Made by a program: the position numbers and the translations under genes | Shown here: positions 12,214-26,476 of the stretch, in pieces | How positions within the stretch are numbered: position 1 is the stretch's first letter | How the letters are laid out: every line of letters starts with the position of its first letter | Notes under the pieces: generated by a model | The model's input: only the letters and a program-made list of their open reading frames with translations | What the model was told of the DNA's origin: nothing | Databases searched by the model: none | Assembly (NCBI RefSeq): GCF_018350175.1 | Contig: NC_058368.1 | Location: 156,924,001-156,988,000, forward strand | Direction of reading: 5' to 3' | From: Felis catus | Taxonomy: Eukaryota | DNA length: 64,000 bases

Positions 12214-14368
12214 TTGGTATACCGGATGGGATCCTAGAACAAACAAATGGCCTTAGGTAAAATCTAGGGAGATCTGAATAAAGTATGGACTTTAGGTTAA
12301 TAGTAATGTCAGTTTGTTAACCGCAAAAAATGTACCACAATAATGTTAAATGTTAATAATAGGGGAAACTGAGTGCTGAATACACGGTAATTTTCTGTAC
12401 TCTGTGTAATTTTTCTGTAATTATAAACCTATTCTAAAAATAAGTTCATTTAAAATGTATACCAATAAATGTTTTGAAAATACTTAAGTTATCACATAAT
12501 AACCTAGAGAGTTTATTTACTGATTATTTAATCTTTTCCCTATTGTTGAATAATTGAGCCATTTCCAAATTTTCCCTGTTAAACATAACAGAGGGATGAA
12601 CAGATAACTAAATAGACATTTGGTTCATACCTTTGATTATATCCTAGCAGTAGATTCCTAGGAGTTCATTCTATGTTTTTAAAAAGTCAAAATAACCAAA
12701 AATATTAGAAGTCCCATTAGATTGTGCAACTTTTCTGAGGTACCATTTTTCTCAACATAAAAAATTCAGAATTTGCATTCAACTTGTAGCATTATCCACT
12801 GGTTCTTGCATTCATTCAATAAACACCTGAGTAGCTGCTATGTACTGGGCAAATATACTATTAGGAAAGACATTTAACCACCCTAAGACCTGATGCCCTA
12901 ATACATAATAAGAGAACACTTAATTTACAGAGCTCTTAATCTGACAGTTTAAGATCATTTCCTGATCTTTGCAGTGAGATGGTACACGTGGTAGGCACTT
13001 TACACTAATTTTTTGCAACATTTGAATCTCCAGGGCACAATGTGATTCTGTAGCTAAAAACGATTCCTCCAACATTAGCATTTGGTAATATTTTGAAAAG
13101 TACTCATTTGAAAATTTAAAATTTTTATTCTATAATAAATGATTTTTTGTAGTATTCTTCTACCTCCTTTTAATTTCACTGCCCTCTGGCGCCACCTAAC
13201 GCCCATCTTTCTGGCACTTCTGTGTTTCTTCGTCCACCCGTAAATGTTATTTTAAGTCTGGGTGTAACCACACCAGCAAAACTTCCCTTGATTGTCTTCA
13301 AAATGTCCATGTTTCACCGCGCTCTTCAAAATCATTGCCATTGTTTCCATGACGTCTAATTGTTTCTTCCTAAAACTTAGAGGTCACTTCAAGAAATTCA
13401 ACAATGGTGTCTGTCAGAATGAGTTTCTTGGAAATGTTTTCTGTGATGAAGAACTGCGTGCAGATGGTTTTTGGGGGTGAGGAGGGTGCCTCACAGATGC
13501 ACCTGTAAAGATGTGAGGGGGGCAGGCTTGGGAGGGAGAAGATGATCCACAATGTGGTTTCAAAGGAGTCAAAATACATGCTACAGGGAGCACTGGAGCC
13601 TAGACTACAGAGGTACCCCAAATGGAAGCAAGAGGGCTGGACCTATAAACCTGTCATCAACTAGTCACTGACTCTGGCCAGCCCCTTAGAGGGGTCCCAC
13701 ATTAGGGGAGGCAGTTTCCTGTGGCCGAGGGCAATGCCCAGAGAGGGACACAGCTGGGAAGCCATCACAGTCCACAACCCCAGATGCACATCACCGGGGA
13801 TCTGATGGGAACTCCAAAGTTTCCACTATGGCTCTGTTCTCACTAGGTCTTTGCCTGCTCATTTACTCTTAAGTATTAAGAAGATCAAGCTCTTGAAAAT
13901 AAAGTCTACAGTCCACAGGCACTTTTGTTAATGAGGAAGACTTCTGAGGGCTTGTAGTTGTAAAATGGTGAAGGAAAGTGGGTACACCTACCTGCTACAC
14001 CTAGCAAGGCGCCCGGGTAGGCACTCTGTAAATACCTTCAGGGGGTACCAAAAACATTATCCTTAAGCATTACGCTCACTTTTAGGAAGTGAAGGGAAAT
14101 GACACCCCCAAATAAAAATACAAACAATATAAAAAGACCAACCAGGAGATGAAAATGTCTAAGTTCTTAGCAAAAAACTTGAGAAGGACCATGTGGATAG
14201 CTGTGAGCTAAGAAACATTAGGAACCCCATTCTAAAATCTAAATTGGAGAAATTGATTATTTCTATTTAACCTTGAAACATAAAATCTCTGTAGTAGTTG
14301 TAGCAATGTGAAACATTCTCAGGAGAGTAAGAGGAAGCCTAACTCAAAAACTTAAGATTTTGTGAACA

Positions 14369-14590
14369 GGGGTGCCTGGGTGGCTCAGTCGGTTAGGCAT
14401 CTGACTTCTGCTCAGGTCATGATCTCATGGTTCATGACTTCAAAACCTGTGTCAGGCTCTGTGCTGACAGCCCAGAGCCTGGAGACTGCTTCAGATTCTG
14501 TCTCCCTCTCTCTCTCCCCCTCCCTCACCAGCACACTCTGTCTGTCTCTATATCTCCCTCAAACATAAATAAACACTATTTAAAAACAAA
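14369..14590 (+). mobile_element. Can-SINE
   Basis: Full length; TSD aag(a/g)ttttgtga(a/g)ca. Confidence 0.95.
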
Positions 14591-14827
14591 AAGGTTTTGT
14601 GAGCAAAAGTTTGCATTTAATTTTCTTATGTTAGATTCCTCTCTTTTTTTTTTCAGACTTTACATAATTATTCTGATTCTCAAAATTTAAAACAGCTAAC
14701 TAAATCCTTTCTTTAAAAACAGAATTTTGGATTTACAAAATGTTTTATTTGAAAAAGTTCACTGCTGCACAAATATTAAGACATTGATAAAGATATGTTG
14801 AATATTTTTTAAAAACTTATAGCTGCA

Positions 14828-15029
14828 GGGCACCTGGGTGACTCAGTTAAGTTTTGAACTTCAGCTCAGGTCATGATCTCACAGTTCATGAGTTTGAGCC
14901 TCACATCGGACTCTGTGCTAATGGTGCGGAGCTTGTTTGGGATACTGTCTCTCTGCCCCCCTCTCTCTCTGCCCCTTCCCCACTCGTGATTTCTCTCTCT
15001 CTCAAAATAAGTACACCAAAAAAAAAAAA
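14828..15029 (+). mobile_element. Can-SINE
   Basis: Head, (CT)n, A-tail; TSD ctta(t/c)agct. Confidence 0.92.
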
Positions 15030-15530
15030 TTCTTACAGCTAAATGGCTCCTTGAGATATTCCTTTAATAAATGGCCAAAAGCTATTCAATAAATATCAGA
15101 AAACTAAATGATAAAGGGCATAAATGAACCTAATTATTCTATTACTTTAAAAATTAATTTTTTCTCCAATAATAGAAAAATTATATACTAATTATTCACT
15201 TTTACTTCACAATTGTGGGGTAACCACTGTGTACAAGGCATGCATTAAGCAAAGGAAGTAATTTAAAGTGACCCCTTCGGAGACACTGCACTTAGGCTGT
15301 GGTGAAGGAAAACTCTCAAGTGTAGGAAGGCTAATCATTACGAAAATATTATCTATAAAGTGCAGGCAGCCCCTGGCTTCCTGAACTGGTGAGGTTCCAG
15401 AAAGCTGTTTACTGACTTCATTTGCCCAGGGAAGCAGTATCACAAATGTGGCTGCTTTGCAGATGAGACCTCCTAATATGGTAATAGCAGCTCCAGCCCA
15501 AGTTCTGGGGCAAGAAGTTATGAAGAACAT

Positions 15531-16007
15531 GGGGCGCCTGGGTGGCTCCATCAGTTAAGCATCTGACTTCGGCTCAAGTCACGATCTCATGGCTTGTGAG
15601 TTCAAGCCTCACATCAGGCTCTGTGCTGACAGTGAGGAGCCTGTTTGGGATTCTGTCTCTTCCCCCCCCCCCCCCCCCGTCCCTTCCCACTTGTGCTTTC
15701 TCTCTCTCAAAATAAATAAGCTAAAAAAAAAAAAATCTTACAGTTAAACGGCTTCTTGAGATATTCCTTTAATAAATGACTAAAGCAGGGGCACCTGACT
15801 GGCTCAGTCGGTTAAGTGTTCAACTACAGCTCAGGTCATGATCTCATAGTCTGTGAGTTCGAGACCCACGTCTGGCTGTGTGCTAACAGCTGGGAGCCTG
15901 AAGCCTGCTTCAGATTCTGTGTCTCCCTCTCTCTCTGTTCCTCCCATATTTGCACTCTATCTCTCTCTTTCAAAAACAAATAAATATTTTAAAAAACCTT
16001 TTTTTAA

Positions 16008-16056
<49 letters not shown>

Positions 16057-16280
16057 CCGACCAAAGCAGGGCACCTGGGTGGCTCAGTTGGTTAAGTGTC
16101 TGAATTTGGCTCAGGTCATGATCTCACCTTTCCTGAGTTTGAGCCCCACATCGGGCTCCGTGCTGATGGCTCAGCCTGTTTCAGATTCTGTGTCTCCCTC
16201 TATATCTCTGCCTCTCTCCCACTCGTGCTCTGTCTCCATCTCTCTCAAAAATAAATAAACATTTTTAAAAATTAAAAAAA
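15531..16280 (+). mobile_element. Cluster of three tandem Can-SINEs (15531-15735, 15788-16051, 16069-16280)
   Basis: Three SINE heads and tails; the whole block is flanked by an 18-bp direct repeat aagaagttatgaagaaca (15512-15529, 16281-16298). Confidence 0.93.
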
Positions 16281-16670
16281 AAGAAGTTATGAAGAACAAG
16301 AGGAGAACCTGGTAGTTTCTCATTCATTTGGCAAATCCAGATTCATTCTGTAGCAAAGTTCTGGACCAAAGAAAGTTTTCAGGTAGCTAGCATTCTCCTA
16401 TCCCACACACCTCCACTCAAAGCTCTACTAGTTTCCAGCCTCTTAGCAAGCCCACCAATTACTAACTCCCACAGCACCCACTCAGACCCAGGTCACTGCC
16501 ACAAATTCTACATATTGAGTTTGAATTCATTTCTATCCCACCAAATCCACCCACCCCCATCAAAATTCACAGTTTTCTACCCAGAGTTTAGGAGGGAAAA
16601 AAATCTAAATGAACTAATTCGGGCTAAAGTAGGATCATTCCTGAAGGCACAAAAAGACAAAGCATGTCAC

Positions 16671-16869
16671 TTTTTTTTAAGCTTATTTATTTATTTTTGA
16701 GAGAGAGAGACAAAGAGAGAGACAGAGAGGGAGAGAGAGAATCTCAAGCACACTCCACATGGTCAGCATGGAGTGCAGTGTGGGGCTCGAACTCACAAAT
16801 TGTGAGACCATGACCTAAGCTGAAACCAAGAGTCAGATGCTTAACGAACTGAGCCTGTGCTGGCACCCC
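16671..16869 (-). mobile_element. Can-SINE
   Basis: Reverse T-tail, (GA)n and head. Confidence 0.92.
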
Positions 16870-17581
16870 AAGGGTGTAACTTTTGAAGAAAATACTTCTT
16901 AAGCCGAATGTGAATAGCAGCCCATTAGCAGTGATGGGGTGGGGTGGGGGAGGTCATAGCAGAATAATGACTATGTATTGAGCACTTACAATGTGCCAGG
17001 AACCCACACTGCTTCACAAGACTCTCTTAAGAATATGATTGGGTAAACGTATCATTCCTCCAGTTTTACAGAAAAGAAGTGTGGGGGTTTGGAGGGACTA
17101 AGCACCTTACTGAGCTCTGGAAGACTACCTGCCCAGTCCTCTCTCCACCATGGCAAAGTCAACCAGTATGATCTTCACCCTGGGGTGGGCAGCTCACCTA
17201 GTCCATTTTTCCTTTGCGCTATTTCTTCAATTCCTTCATACTGTTCCTTTGTAGAGATCCTCTAAAGGCAAACTTTTTTCCAGAGTGTGACAGTAGTGAC
17301 AGCAGAGAAACTGAGACATCAATGGATGAATACTACCAAAGCATAGTTGTATAAATGAAACTGCCCCCCAGTGGGGCATGAATCAGGAAATGAGGGTATA
17401 CTAGGCTCTGAAAAGGGAGAAGATGGTATCTTAACTTCTTTACTGTATTTATCCCTTAAGCATCAGTACGCACCTGTGTAAAACATGTTTTATAGGTTCT
17501 TTTGCAACGTTCTAGGACTCAATTAATGAGAAAGACTTTAAGGCAACTCATTTGTGCCAAAGCTGACTTTAGTCATTCTCA

Positions 17582-17772
17582 GGTGCCTGGGTGGCTCAGT
17601 TGGTTGAGCATCTGACTCTTGATTTTGGCTCACAGTTCATGAGATCCATGCTGACAGTATGGAGCTAGGAATCTCTCTCCTCTCTCTCTGTCCTTCCCCC
17701 ACTCTCACATGCATGCTCTCCCTCTCTCCCTCTCTTAAAATAAATACATGAACATTTAAAAAAAAAAAAAAA
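17582..17772 (+). mobile_element. Can-SINE with internal deletions
   Basis: ggtgcctgggtggctcagttggttgagcatctgactcttgatttt...aaaataaa. Confidence 0.9.
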
Positions 17773-18019
17773 CACGCTAGTGATCTCATTACTATGGCTT
17801 TACAAATAGTATAATCCACTCAGGAAGAAAGGCATAAAGAAGGAATCTAATGGACATACTTTTCTATTCTGTACACTAGGCTCATGTTACATTAAAAACA
17901 GGAAGAACAGTCTCCCTCTGCAGGGCTGGAGTGAGTCCTGTGCCCCAGGCCTGCAGCTAACAGATCAATGTTCTCCTTGCCTGATCATTCATCTTCCCAA
18001 CTGCTGATTACTGACAGAG

Positions 18020-18520
18020 CCCCAAGGGCACATGGGAAATTTTTGCCTGCTTACAGCCATCTGATTTGCCTTTAAGGACCTGTTCCACTCTCTCTTCCAC
18101 TCTCAGTTCCAACTGTTTAGGAAGAATCCCCCTCACTCCGGGGCTTTAAGGTACACAGATGACCTGACAAAGCACCTCATCCCCTGGCCACAGTGAGTAG
18201 ACTAAAATCCCAATCATTCCAGTGAGACTCACTCCCAAGAACCACAAAGGAGTGTGTGTGCCAAGGGCTGGTGGAGGCTACCATGTAGAAAGAAACTACC
18301 CAGGACAGAAGATGCCCAGAACCAAGCAATTCCAAGGAAAGAAGGTAAGAAGGAGGGGAGGGACAGAGACAGGGACCTGATGGCACTGTCTGAAGCTCTG
18401 GATCCAGCTTGCCCTGGGTCTTTCCAGGTATGAGCCAATACACTCTCTGTTGAAGTCACAGGCAAGAAGAAGTGAGCTCCTGTCACTTACAAAGGAAGAG
18501 TCCTGTATAAGACATCTCTG
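18020..18520. mobile_element. Old MaLR LTR fossil (MLT1-like)
   Basis: tgaagctctggatccagcttgccctg...tatgagccaataca motif. Confidence 0.45.
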
Positions 18521-20224
18521 TGTCTGGTCTCCATTTATCTCATTACTCATCTGCACTCCCGTCCACCTCTCTTCAAATGTTCCCATTACTATGATGGGAA
18601 CCACTGTGTGGTCCTGATTCTGGCCCACCTGGCAGGACCTGGGCCCAGCCTCAGCAGCAGGTGGGACTCCTGTGTCCTGGCACACCAGGCATCAGTTCAG
18701 CAAGTGCTCATGTTCCACCCCCAGCTCCACCGACCGTCCTTCTCCTATGTTGCTGCCCCAAGGAGAGAGTCAGGCTTCAGCCAAGGAGCTCCAGGTGAGG
18801 CCTGTGGCTGGTTTGTTTCTTTTAAAGGGGGCTAAGTGTGATTCCATTGGTCAAGGCCCAAATAAATACAAAAGGTCATGGTTGAAAATTCAGAGACTCA
18901 GGGTTGATTTTTTTGTAGTGCTAATGGGGCCACCTTATTTCATGAAAGTTATCACTGCGTCTTCCATTTAACCCAAGGGTACTAAATGAGGGCTGTGGAG
19001 TCCATGAGCTGGAGGTAATTGACTTCCTTGCTTGAAGGTGAATGAACAACATTGGATTTGTGTACATTTGTATTTCTTTATGAAGAGAACGCCACAACTT
19101 TCATCTGTTTCTGAAAAGGGTCTATTACCCCCCGGATGAAAATTACTGTTAAATTTCTCTGCTATTTAAATAGTATAATGTTTACTTGGTTGTGACTCCC
19201 GTAACCTACTACATAAAGAACCAAAAAATGAGTACATCTTTACATTTTTTCCATTATAGCAGATACAACATGTGTAGGTTCTTGATACTCTTTGGACTGG
19301 GGCATGGCTTATGTCATTGGGAGTTTTTACTAGATGCTAGTTCCTACTCCAGTAATGCTTGGGTGTTTAAGGCAGCCCACACTGCCTCCCCAGTGGTTGG
19401 CTGGGGAGATCAAACCCTGATTCACAGGCCTGAGTTGGGCAGGGCTGGGTATAATTTCTGAGCCTTCACTTGCTGGACACGCTGGAATCCATATCCTGAG
19501 CTTTCATAAAGTCGCAAATATGCCGCTCATACCACCACTTCAAGTTTGATTGACAGACTGCAGTCTCAATGAGGAGTTTTTACATCTTTTTTTTCTACTA
19601 TAGCACTGTATAACAAATATCATGGTGAGCTTTTATACCCTTTAAGCTTTCCTTCCTGCTTAGGCACTCCTGCAAATCTGTTGAACAAATGTGAATGTTG
19701 GCTGCACATGAAAATCTAAAACTTAGATTTTATACCTAAGAAAATATATAGGAAACCATAAAACTTAAATCTCCCTCACTATGCTTTAAATCTCTACAAC
19801 AAGCAGTCTTCCTAATTACCCATGATTATGTTAACAAACAATACAGATTTAAATGTACTCCTCCCCACAGAATCCCTTCCCAAGGTTCTTCATTTTTTTC
19901 CCCCCATCCTGACTTCAGGAAAGAAACGGGAAGCTCACAAAATATATGTTTTCCATAACTTAGAGCTGTAACATCTAAATCGCTGGGCTTTATCTCATTT
20001 TCATCTCTACTTAGGCTTGGAAATGTGCTGCCTATGAGAATCTCTCCCCTGAGTACTAACAAGGGGAGATTAGATTACATTTCCTGCCTTCATTTACCTT
20101 CCAATAGTGCACAATAAAAAAGCAATAGGAAAAATGAAATGGCTTGTTTTTCCAGGGGGAAAGATATTTTCATCCACTAGGTACTTCTATTTCTTACAAA
20201 CATTTTTTAAAAGATAGCATCCTA

Positions 20225-20418
20225 GGGGTGCATGGGTGGCTCAGTCAGTTAAACATTCAACTCATGGTTTCAGCTCAGGTCATGACCTCAGGATTCCTGA
20301 GATCACACTGTGTAGGGCTCTGTGCTGCTGGTCAGGAACCTGCTTGGGATTCTCTCTCTCTCCCTATCTATCTGCCCCTTCCCCACCTCCCAAAATAAAT
20401 AAATAAACTTTAAAAAAT
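20225..20418 (+). mobile_element. Can-SINE
   Basis: Head and tail; TSD at(a/t)gcatc(c/t)tag. Confidence 0.92.
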
Positions 20419-20619
20419 ATTGCATCTTAGGAGAGTAAGGTAGCCCCAACCAACATTCCTGCCTCGTTACAAACCAAGTCTATGAGCACAATGTATGTAG
20501 TTCCATATGTAGCAGCAAAGAACAGCTATTTCCAGATGAAAGTCATGAACTTCCTGAACATGATTCTCCTCTTAATATAGGAGCATCTGAACTCTCAAGA
20601 CTGTTTCAGAACTTGCTAC

Positions 20620-21092
20620 GAGTCCACAAACTTTCCACAGCCCACAAGATCCTGCATAACCTGGCCCCTGCCAACTGTTCCAGACTGATCCCTCATACTT
20701 TCCTTCTCACCAAATTCCAGTTCCCCAGGCAAACTTTTTCTAAGTGCCTTCTGCCGTAGCGTCCTCTGCCTACAACTATATGCCACATCCTTTACACCCT
20801 TCTGCTCTGCCAAATCTGGCCAACTCCTGTTCATTCTTCGCATTTTATCCTAAATGTCACTTCTTCAGGAAAGCCTTCCTGGTCCCTCCCCTTCCTGCAA
20901 GTTTAGGTTGGGACCTCTTACAATTCTTTCCTCTAGTTCTCCGTACTCCTCTGAATCAGTTATTACAATCATAATTAATCATGATTTGTGTATTTTAAAA
21001 AGTATAATGCAAGTTTCTCCTACTAGATCATAAACTCTATGACAGCAGGAATTGATATATCTTCTTTGTCAAGGTAGATATTTAATAAATAT
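20620..21092 (+). mobile_element. L2 3' fragment
   Basis: aagatcctgcataacctggcccctgcc...aaatgtcacttcttcaggaaagccttcct...tactagatcataaactctatgacagcagga. Confidence 0.7.
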
Positions 21093-21792
21093 GGGAAGAA
21101 GGGAGTGAGAAAGGAAGACAGTATATTACCGAAATTGTTGGCACTGTACTGGAAGGAGATCTTCCAGCTTCATGTGGGGCTAATTCATTGTACAGAACAT
21201 TTAGCCAAATCTTTCCACTGTTCCAAGACATCTAGAAAAGATAATGCTCATGAGCAGATGTAGCAGCTCTTCGGTGTGGAGGAGAGCCACATACCATGGC
21301 AGTTAGACTCATGAGTGTTGGAGCCAGCCACTTACTTGCACGCAAAAATCCCTTTCTGAGCACCCTTTCTGAGCCTCCACCAATTCATCTATAAAATGAG
21401 ACCAAGAATTCTGGCCCCTTTCAGAGTTGTTGCAAAGGTTAAAAGAAGAAATGCCTGCACAGCACTTAAGACTAAGATTTTAGTGCCTCTGTTATCACCA
21501 AGAAACATTAGAAGTTGTACACATTCAGAAGACATTACCTTATATCTTGTCTTTTCCTTGTAAAAGGAATATATGCCAAACAGTCATATTCACAGGCAAC
21601 TAGATGCCTAGAAAACAAGTTGTTTTCCTGTCCAGGCATCCTAACACCTAGATTAACTGTAGGATGTATAGCTTTTCTTTTCACAGAAATTATATATATT
21701 TTTAATATACAATTTTAATATATATTATATATAATATATATGTATATATATAAAGTTTATTTATTATATACAACATATATACCTATATAAAG

Positions 21793-21987
21793 TTTACTTA
21801 TCTATTTTTGGAGAGAGAGAGACAGACAGAGAGAGAAGCAGAGAGAGAAGTTGAGAGAGAATCCCAAGCAGCCTTCACACTGTTAGTGCAGAGCCTGACA
21901 CAGGGCTCAAACTTACAAACTGTGAGATCATGACCTGAACCAAACCGAAAGTTGGGTGCTCAACTGACTGAGCCACCCAGGAGCCCC
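21793..21987 (-). mobile_element. Can-SINE, adjacent to an AT-rich tract
   Basis: Reverse SINE ending gccacccaggagcccc. Confidence 0.93.
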
Positions 21988-23084
21988 ACAGCCATTTAAC
22001 AACACGATTGAAAGTCCAGATACATGTACAGAACACACAAGAAGAATGATCTGAAAAATATTCACTCATGAGCTCTCAGAACCGAGTGTGAAAATAAACA
22101 AACTAACCCATTCACACTCACTACATCTTTCTGGATACTTTCCCTCAACTAATAATGGCATATTCTTCCAGTTGCCTGTCCAAAACAAAGTTGAGACTCA
22201 GATCCGTTAGCAAGACTGGTGCTAAAGGAATGCCAGAATCAACCATGAATCAGTAGTTTGGGCACCAGTCATGTACCTGGCACTGATGTGGCCTCGCTAA
22301 CCAGTGGAGCAGTGGGTTTCTGGAAACCATGGTCCCGGCACAAATCAGATGTCTGTAACCCAAGCTCTGCCACTTACTAACCATGGACATAACCTGGACT
22401 CCAAGTCCATTATTAGCTTAATAATTTACCAGACATAAAATGCCACCAACACTACCTCTCTGTCAAAACTGATGTGAGGTTTGAAGTGAGATAATGCACA
22501 TAATCTATAATGATTATTTCAGGTACTGTGTAAAGAATGCCTAGCAAATAAATCTATTTCATTTCATATCCTTTCCCTAATACCATGCCTTTCACAGAAC
22601 AAGAAAGCCAGGCAAGGCTGTAGAATATAGAAAATACATAATTATGAGGGTATTATAACTTATAAAATGTTCCCAATAACAATAACAGAAATAGTGGTGA
22701 TGATCTGGTGGGGTACTTGATGAGGAAGAATCTTTTTAAAAGTAGGACTGACATTTCAAAGGTGCTAGCAATATCTTTATCTAGCAGTCAAAGAGAGCTT
22801 AAAGGGCTTACTGGCAGTAAGAAATAAGTGGGAGAGCTAGGATTATGCGTGACACCAAAATCTTCTGTTACATTAAGTCTGTCTTTATTAAATTTGCTTG
22901 ATATGATAACCTTCAGATAAGAAAGATGGGAAAGAAATGGCAGAGGCAAAGAAGGACTATAACGTTACTACTGAGATGGGAAAGAAGACAAGCTTTTACA
23001 ACTTCATTCCAAACTTCCACTGGGGTTCCATTTTCCTAGGCCGGCCTCCCCAGGCACAACCTACTTCAGACAGCCTTCCTGGGT

Positions 23085-23270
23085 AGGATCCAAATTATAC
23101 TGACGTGTGACTTTGGACCAGTCCCTCAATTTCCTATAACTCAGTTTCCTCATCTGGAAAATGCAAAAGATAATAAACCTACTTCAGAAAGTATTGTAGT
23201 AAATAAATGAGCTAATGCATATAAAGCACCTAGAATAGTGCCAATACATAATAAGTATTCTGTAGGTTTA
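23085..23270 (+). mobile_element. MIR
   Basis: tgtgactttggac...ctcagtttcctcatctggaaaatg...aaatgagctaatgcatataaagcacctagaatagtgcc. Confidence 0.85.
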
Positions 23271-24268
23271 GTAATTATCAATAGTAGGCATAAAGTGTCA
23301 TTTTAAAATGGCACCGGGGTGAGAGGCCCCCATGCTGGTTGGCCATAGGTCAGAGGTGAGTCAATGCAATTACAAAGAGAGCTCAGCCCAGGTGGGTTGG
23401 GGAGGACCACCATCACCATTTCCTACCTCACAAAATCTAACTTCAGAAGATGGAAAATGTATTGCAATTTTCCAAAAATTAATTCTAACACAGGGTGGGA
23501 AAGCCAAGCCCTACCACAGTAGTTACCACTGGAAAGAAGTTCAAAGACACTTAAACAAAATTTGTTCACACAACAAATTTCTAGCACCAAATACAAAGAA
23601 AACTTGTGTAGCTGCCTAAAATTCATATTAGATTTACAAGCCTAGAAAGAACAAAATATTTTAAAATATGAAACGGGCACAGATAAAGACACTACTCAGG
23701 ATGCAATCCAGATATAATTAAGAGGATGAATAAAGTAATAAAATGGTATAAGAACGTGTTTTCAAAAACAGCCAGTGAGGTTCATTAGCAACAATTAACA
23801 GAAAACAGAACATTCTTTAAGCAGCCAACAACAACAAAAAAGACTCTGCCATACCAAATCCATTTGTGCCTACCTCAGTTATCCTCAGATTCATCTTTTG
23901 AATTGATTTCACAAAATGAGTTTCCTCTTGAGTATCAGGAGTATCCTCAGATGAGAATACATCTTTATGATCCTAAAGGTATCACTTTTTCTCTAATTAA
24001 AATGTGAACTATATCATAAAGAAGCTCACCAAAACATCTCCCCATTGATAATTGTAAGGATCCTTTTGTGAGGGTTAAGCCAGGTCAGGCTTGAAAATAC
24101 TAATGCTAGATATTGGTCATTGTGACTTCTAGGTTTCAAAGGATGAAGGGAATAATTCAATGATATCTTTTCTACGGTTGCCATAAATAAGATGGCTACT
24201 TATGAAAGAATAATTGTTCTGCTGAAGGCATTCCTTATACATTCATTCAAATTCAAAATGAAATTACT

Positions 24269-24512
24269 GGGGTACCTGGGTGGCTCAGTCAGTTAAGTGC
24301 CTGACTTCAGCTCAGGTCACGATCTCACAGTTCATGGGTTCAAGCCCTGCGCTGACAGCTCAGAGCCTGGAGCCTTCTTGGGATTCTGTGTCTCCTTCTC
24401 TCTCTGCCCATCTCCCACTCGTGCCCTCTCTCTCTCTCTCTCACTGTCTCTCGAAAATAAATAAATAAATAAATAAATAAATAAATGTTAAAAATTTTTT
24501 TAATTAAAAAAA
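24269..24512 (+). mobile_element. Can-SINE
   Basis: Full head, (CT)n, (TAAA)n tail. Confidence 0.95.
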
Positions 24513-26476
24513 ATAAGTTACTCATTCTGTTTGTAGAACACACCCCATAATAAACCACGAAAACTATCTTCTGATTGGTTTTTCTTATCTTCCTTTGGCT
24601 GAGCAAGTTCTTGTACAACTACTTTGCCTACACAGACTTAAACCAGTTGCAAAGACAAAGTTATCATTGAAATTGATATTGAAAATTGAAATTTAGTACT
24701 ATCACATTAAATTTAGAAGTAGAAGAATATTGGAGTTGTGGTCACCTTTGACTCCAGGGGAAAATAGCACATGTGTGAAAGAATAGGTGTCTGTATAAAA
24801 CATACCTGGTAAAGGCATAATTGTGCGTGCATGTATGTGTGCGTGTATATGTGTGTACAGCCCACGTCAAAGCAATACAAAATGTCAAAACATAATAGGA
24901 GCTAAGTATTGAACCTCACCATGAACAAAATTATAAAAGCTTCTAATTAAAACAAAAAAGTGCCTGAGTTTCCTTTTTTTTTTTTAAATTTTCCCTTCCC
25001 ATGTTCCCAGAAAGAGAGAAGTGAAATCGCTGAAAGGCAGGTGGCAGCAGGGCACAGAATGAAGAGCCAAGACCCATATAATATACCACCTGGAAAGTCC
25101 CGGGAGAGGTAAACAGACTACCCATGGTTGGTAACCCAAGATACAAAAATCTCCTCCTGGTAAGTTCCATATAGTTCTTCCTCCTGTTCTGGATACCCAG
25201 GGAGAAAAAATGGTGAAGGCAGAGAAAGTAAAAGTGTCAGGCAGAAAGGAATAGATAGATCATGTTACAAAGCTCCATCTTCCTTGAAAAGAAGCTGACG
25301 GCCTGGGGCCTGGGAAACTGCAAAATGCAGGCTTCCCTCCATCTTTGCTTGGCTCCCTGTCTCACTGGGCTGATCCCCACAGAGCAGGCCAGAGAGTCAC
25401 AAAAGTACCAGCCTGAGTCTAGAGTAAAGCAGTGCTGCCTAGGGGGCCAAAGGGAGCAGAAAGGGGTTGAGGGGCGATGACCTAAATGGTTGGGTAAGTG
25501 GTTTTTTACCTGAAACTACTGAGTCAAATTAGCATGTATGCAAGGCCAGGTCACAACCTCAGCTGCACCCCATTCCTGTCCCTCACCTGCAGGTTCTTTT
25601 TAAAAGCAGAAGGAAACAAAGAAAGGAGAAGGGGAAGGCGCAGCCCATGCCTGCTCTCAGCCAGGAGACATGGTGGGGGTGGGGGGGCAGGAGAGGGGTG
25701 CATGCTGATTCAGGATGTTCCCACTTCTAGGGAGCATGAGGCTTGGCAACAGCTCTGTAGTGACAGTGAGCTTCTCTCCAAAATCTGTTCCCATCTCAAA
25801 AGATATTTTGGAAAACACTCAGACTTCTAATTTGGTGTGGTGAAAATACTATTCAAAAGCAACTATAGAAACGCTGAATTTTTTGTTATCAAAAGCTATT
25901 TTACACTTCAATAAAAGAACATGAGTCAAACATGGCTTAAGGGTCTAAATAGAATATGGTTTCTATTTTGAGAAAATACCTATCTGCAATTTTCAGAAAT
26001 TGATCATTTGCCATGCATGGATCAATCTTTCATCTGAGAGAGAAAGCATATTTTAATACGTTTGAAGCACAATGCCTCAAGAATGAAAATTTCCAAGCGA
26101 GCCCACGGATTCTAAAACTTTTCATTATAACTATATCTCCAAGTATTTAACCACTCTGACATCAGTGCCATACGAATCTATGAGACACAGTCATGTGGAA
26201 GGTTTTCTTTCTTTACCTTATTTTGCTTAACACACATGTTTTGACCTTTCTTTTGCTCCATTAACACTACTTTCAATGTCTGATGCTGCAGAGAAAAGGA
26301 GAACTATTTTATTTAGGAAGAATCCAAAATAACTATAAAGAATATGAGCTACTACAGTAAATACGTGACAATCTGGCACTCAGGAGCCTGGAAACTTCAA
26401 CCATTCTGCATAAATGCAAATTCAAAACTCAAACCTCCTTCTCTCTTCCCAAGAAAGAGACTTTTCAATAGAAACC

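Larger units (their letters stand above)
10955..12455 (+). mobile_element. L1MC/L1MD-type 3'UTR fragment with two nested SINEs
   Basis: caatagcaatgagcacacct...cagatcttggtttctaataccattctccaataaaa and aatgagaaaaacatcagacaaatccca...gttaataataggggaaactg are characteristic. Confidence 0.8.
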
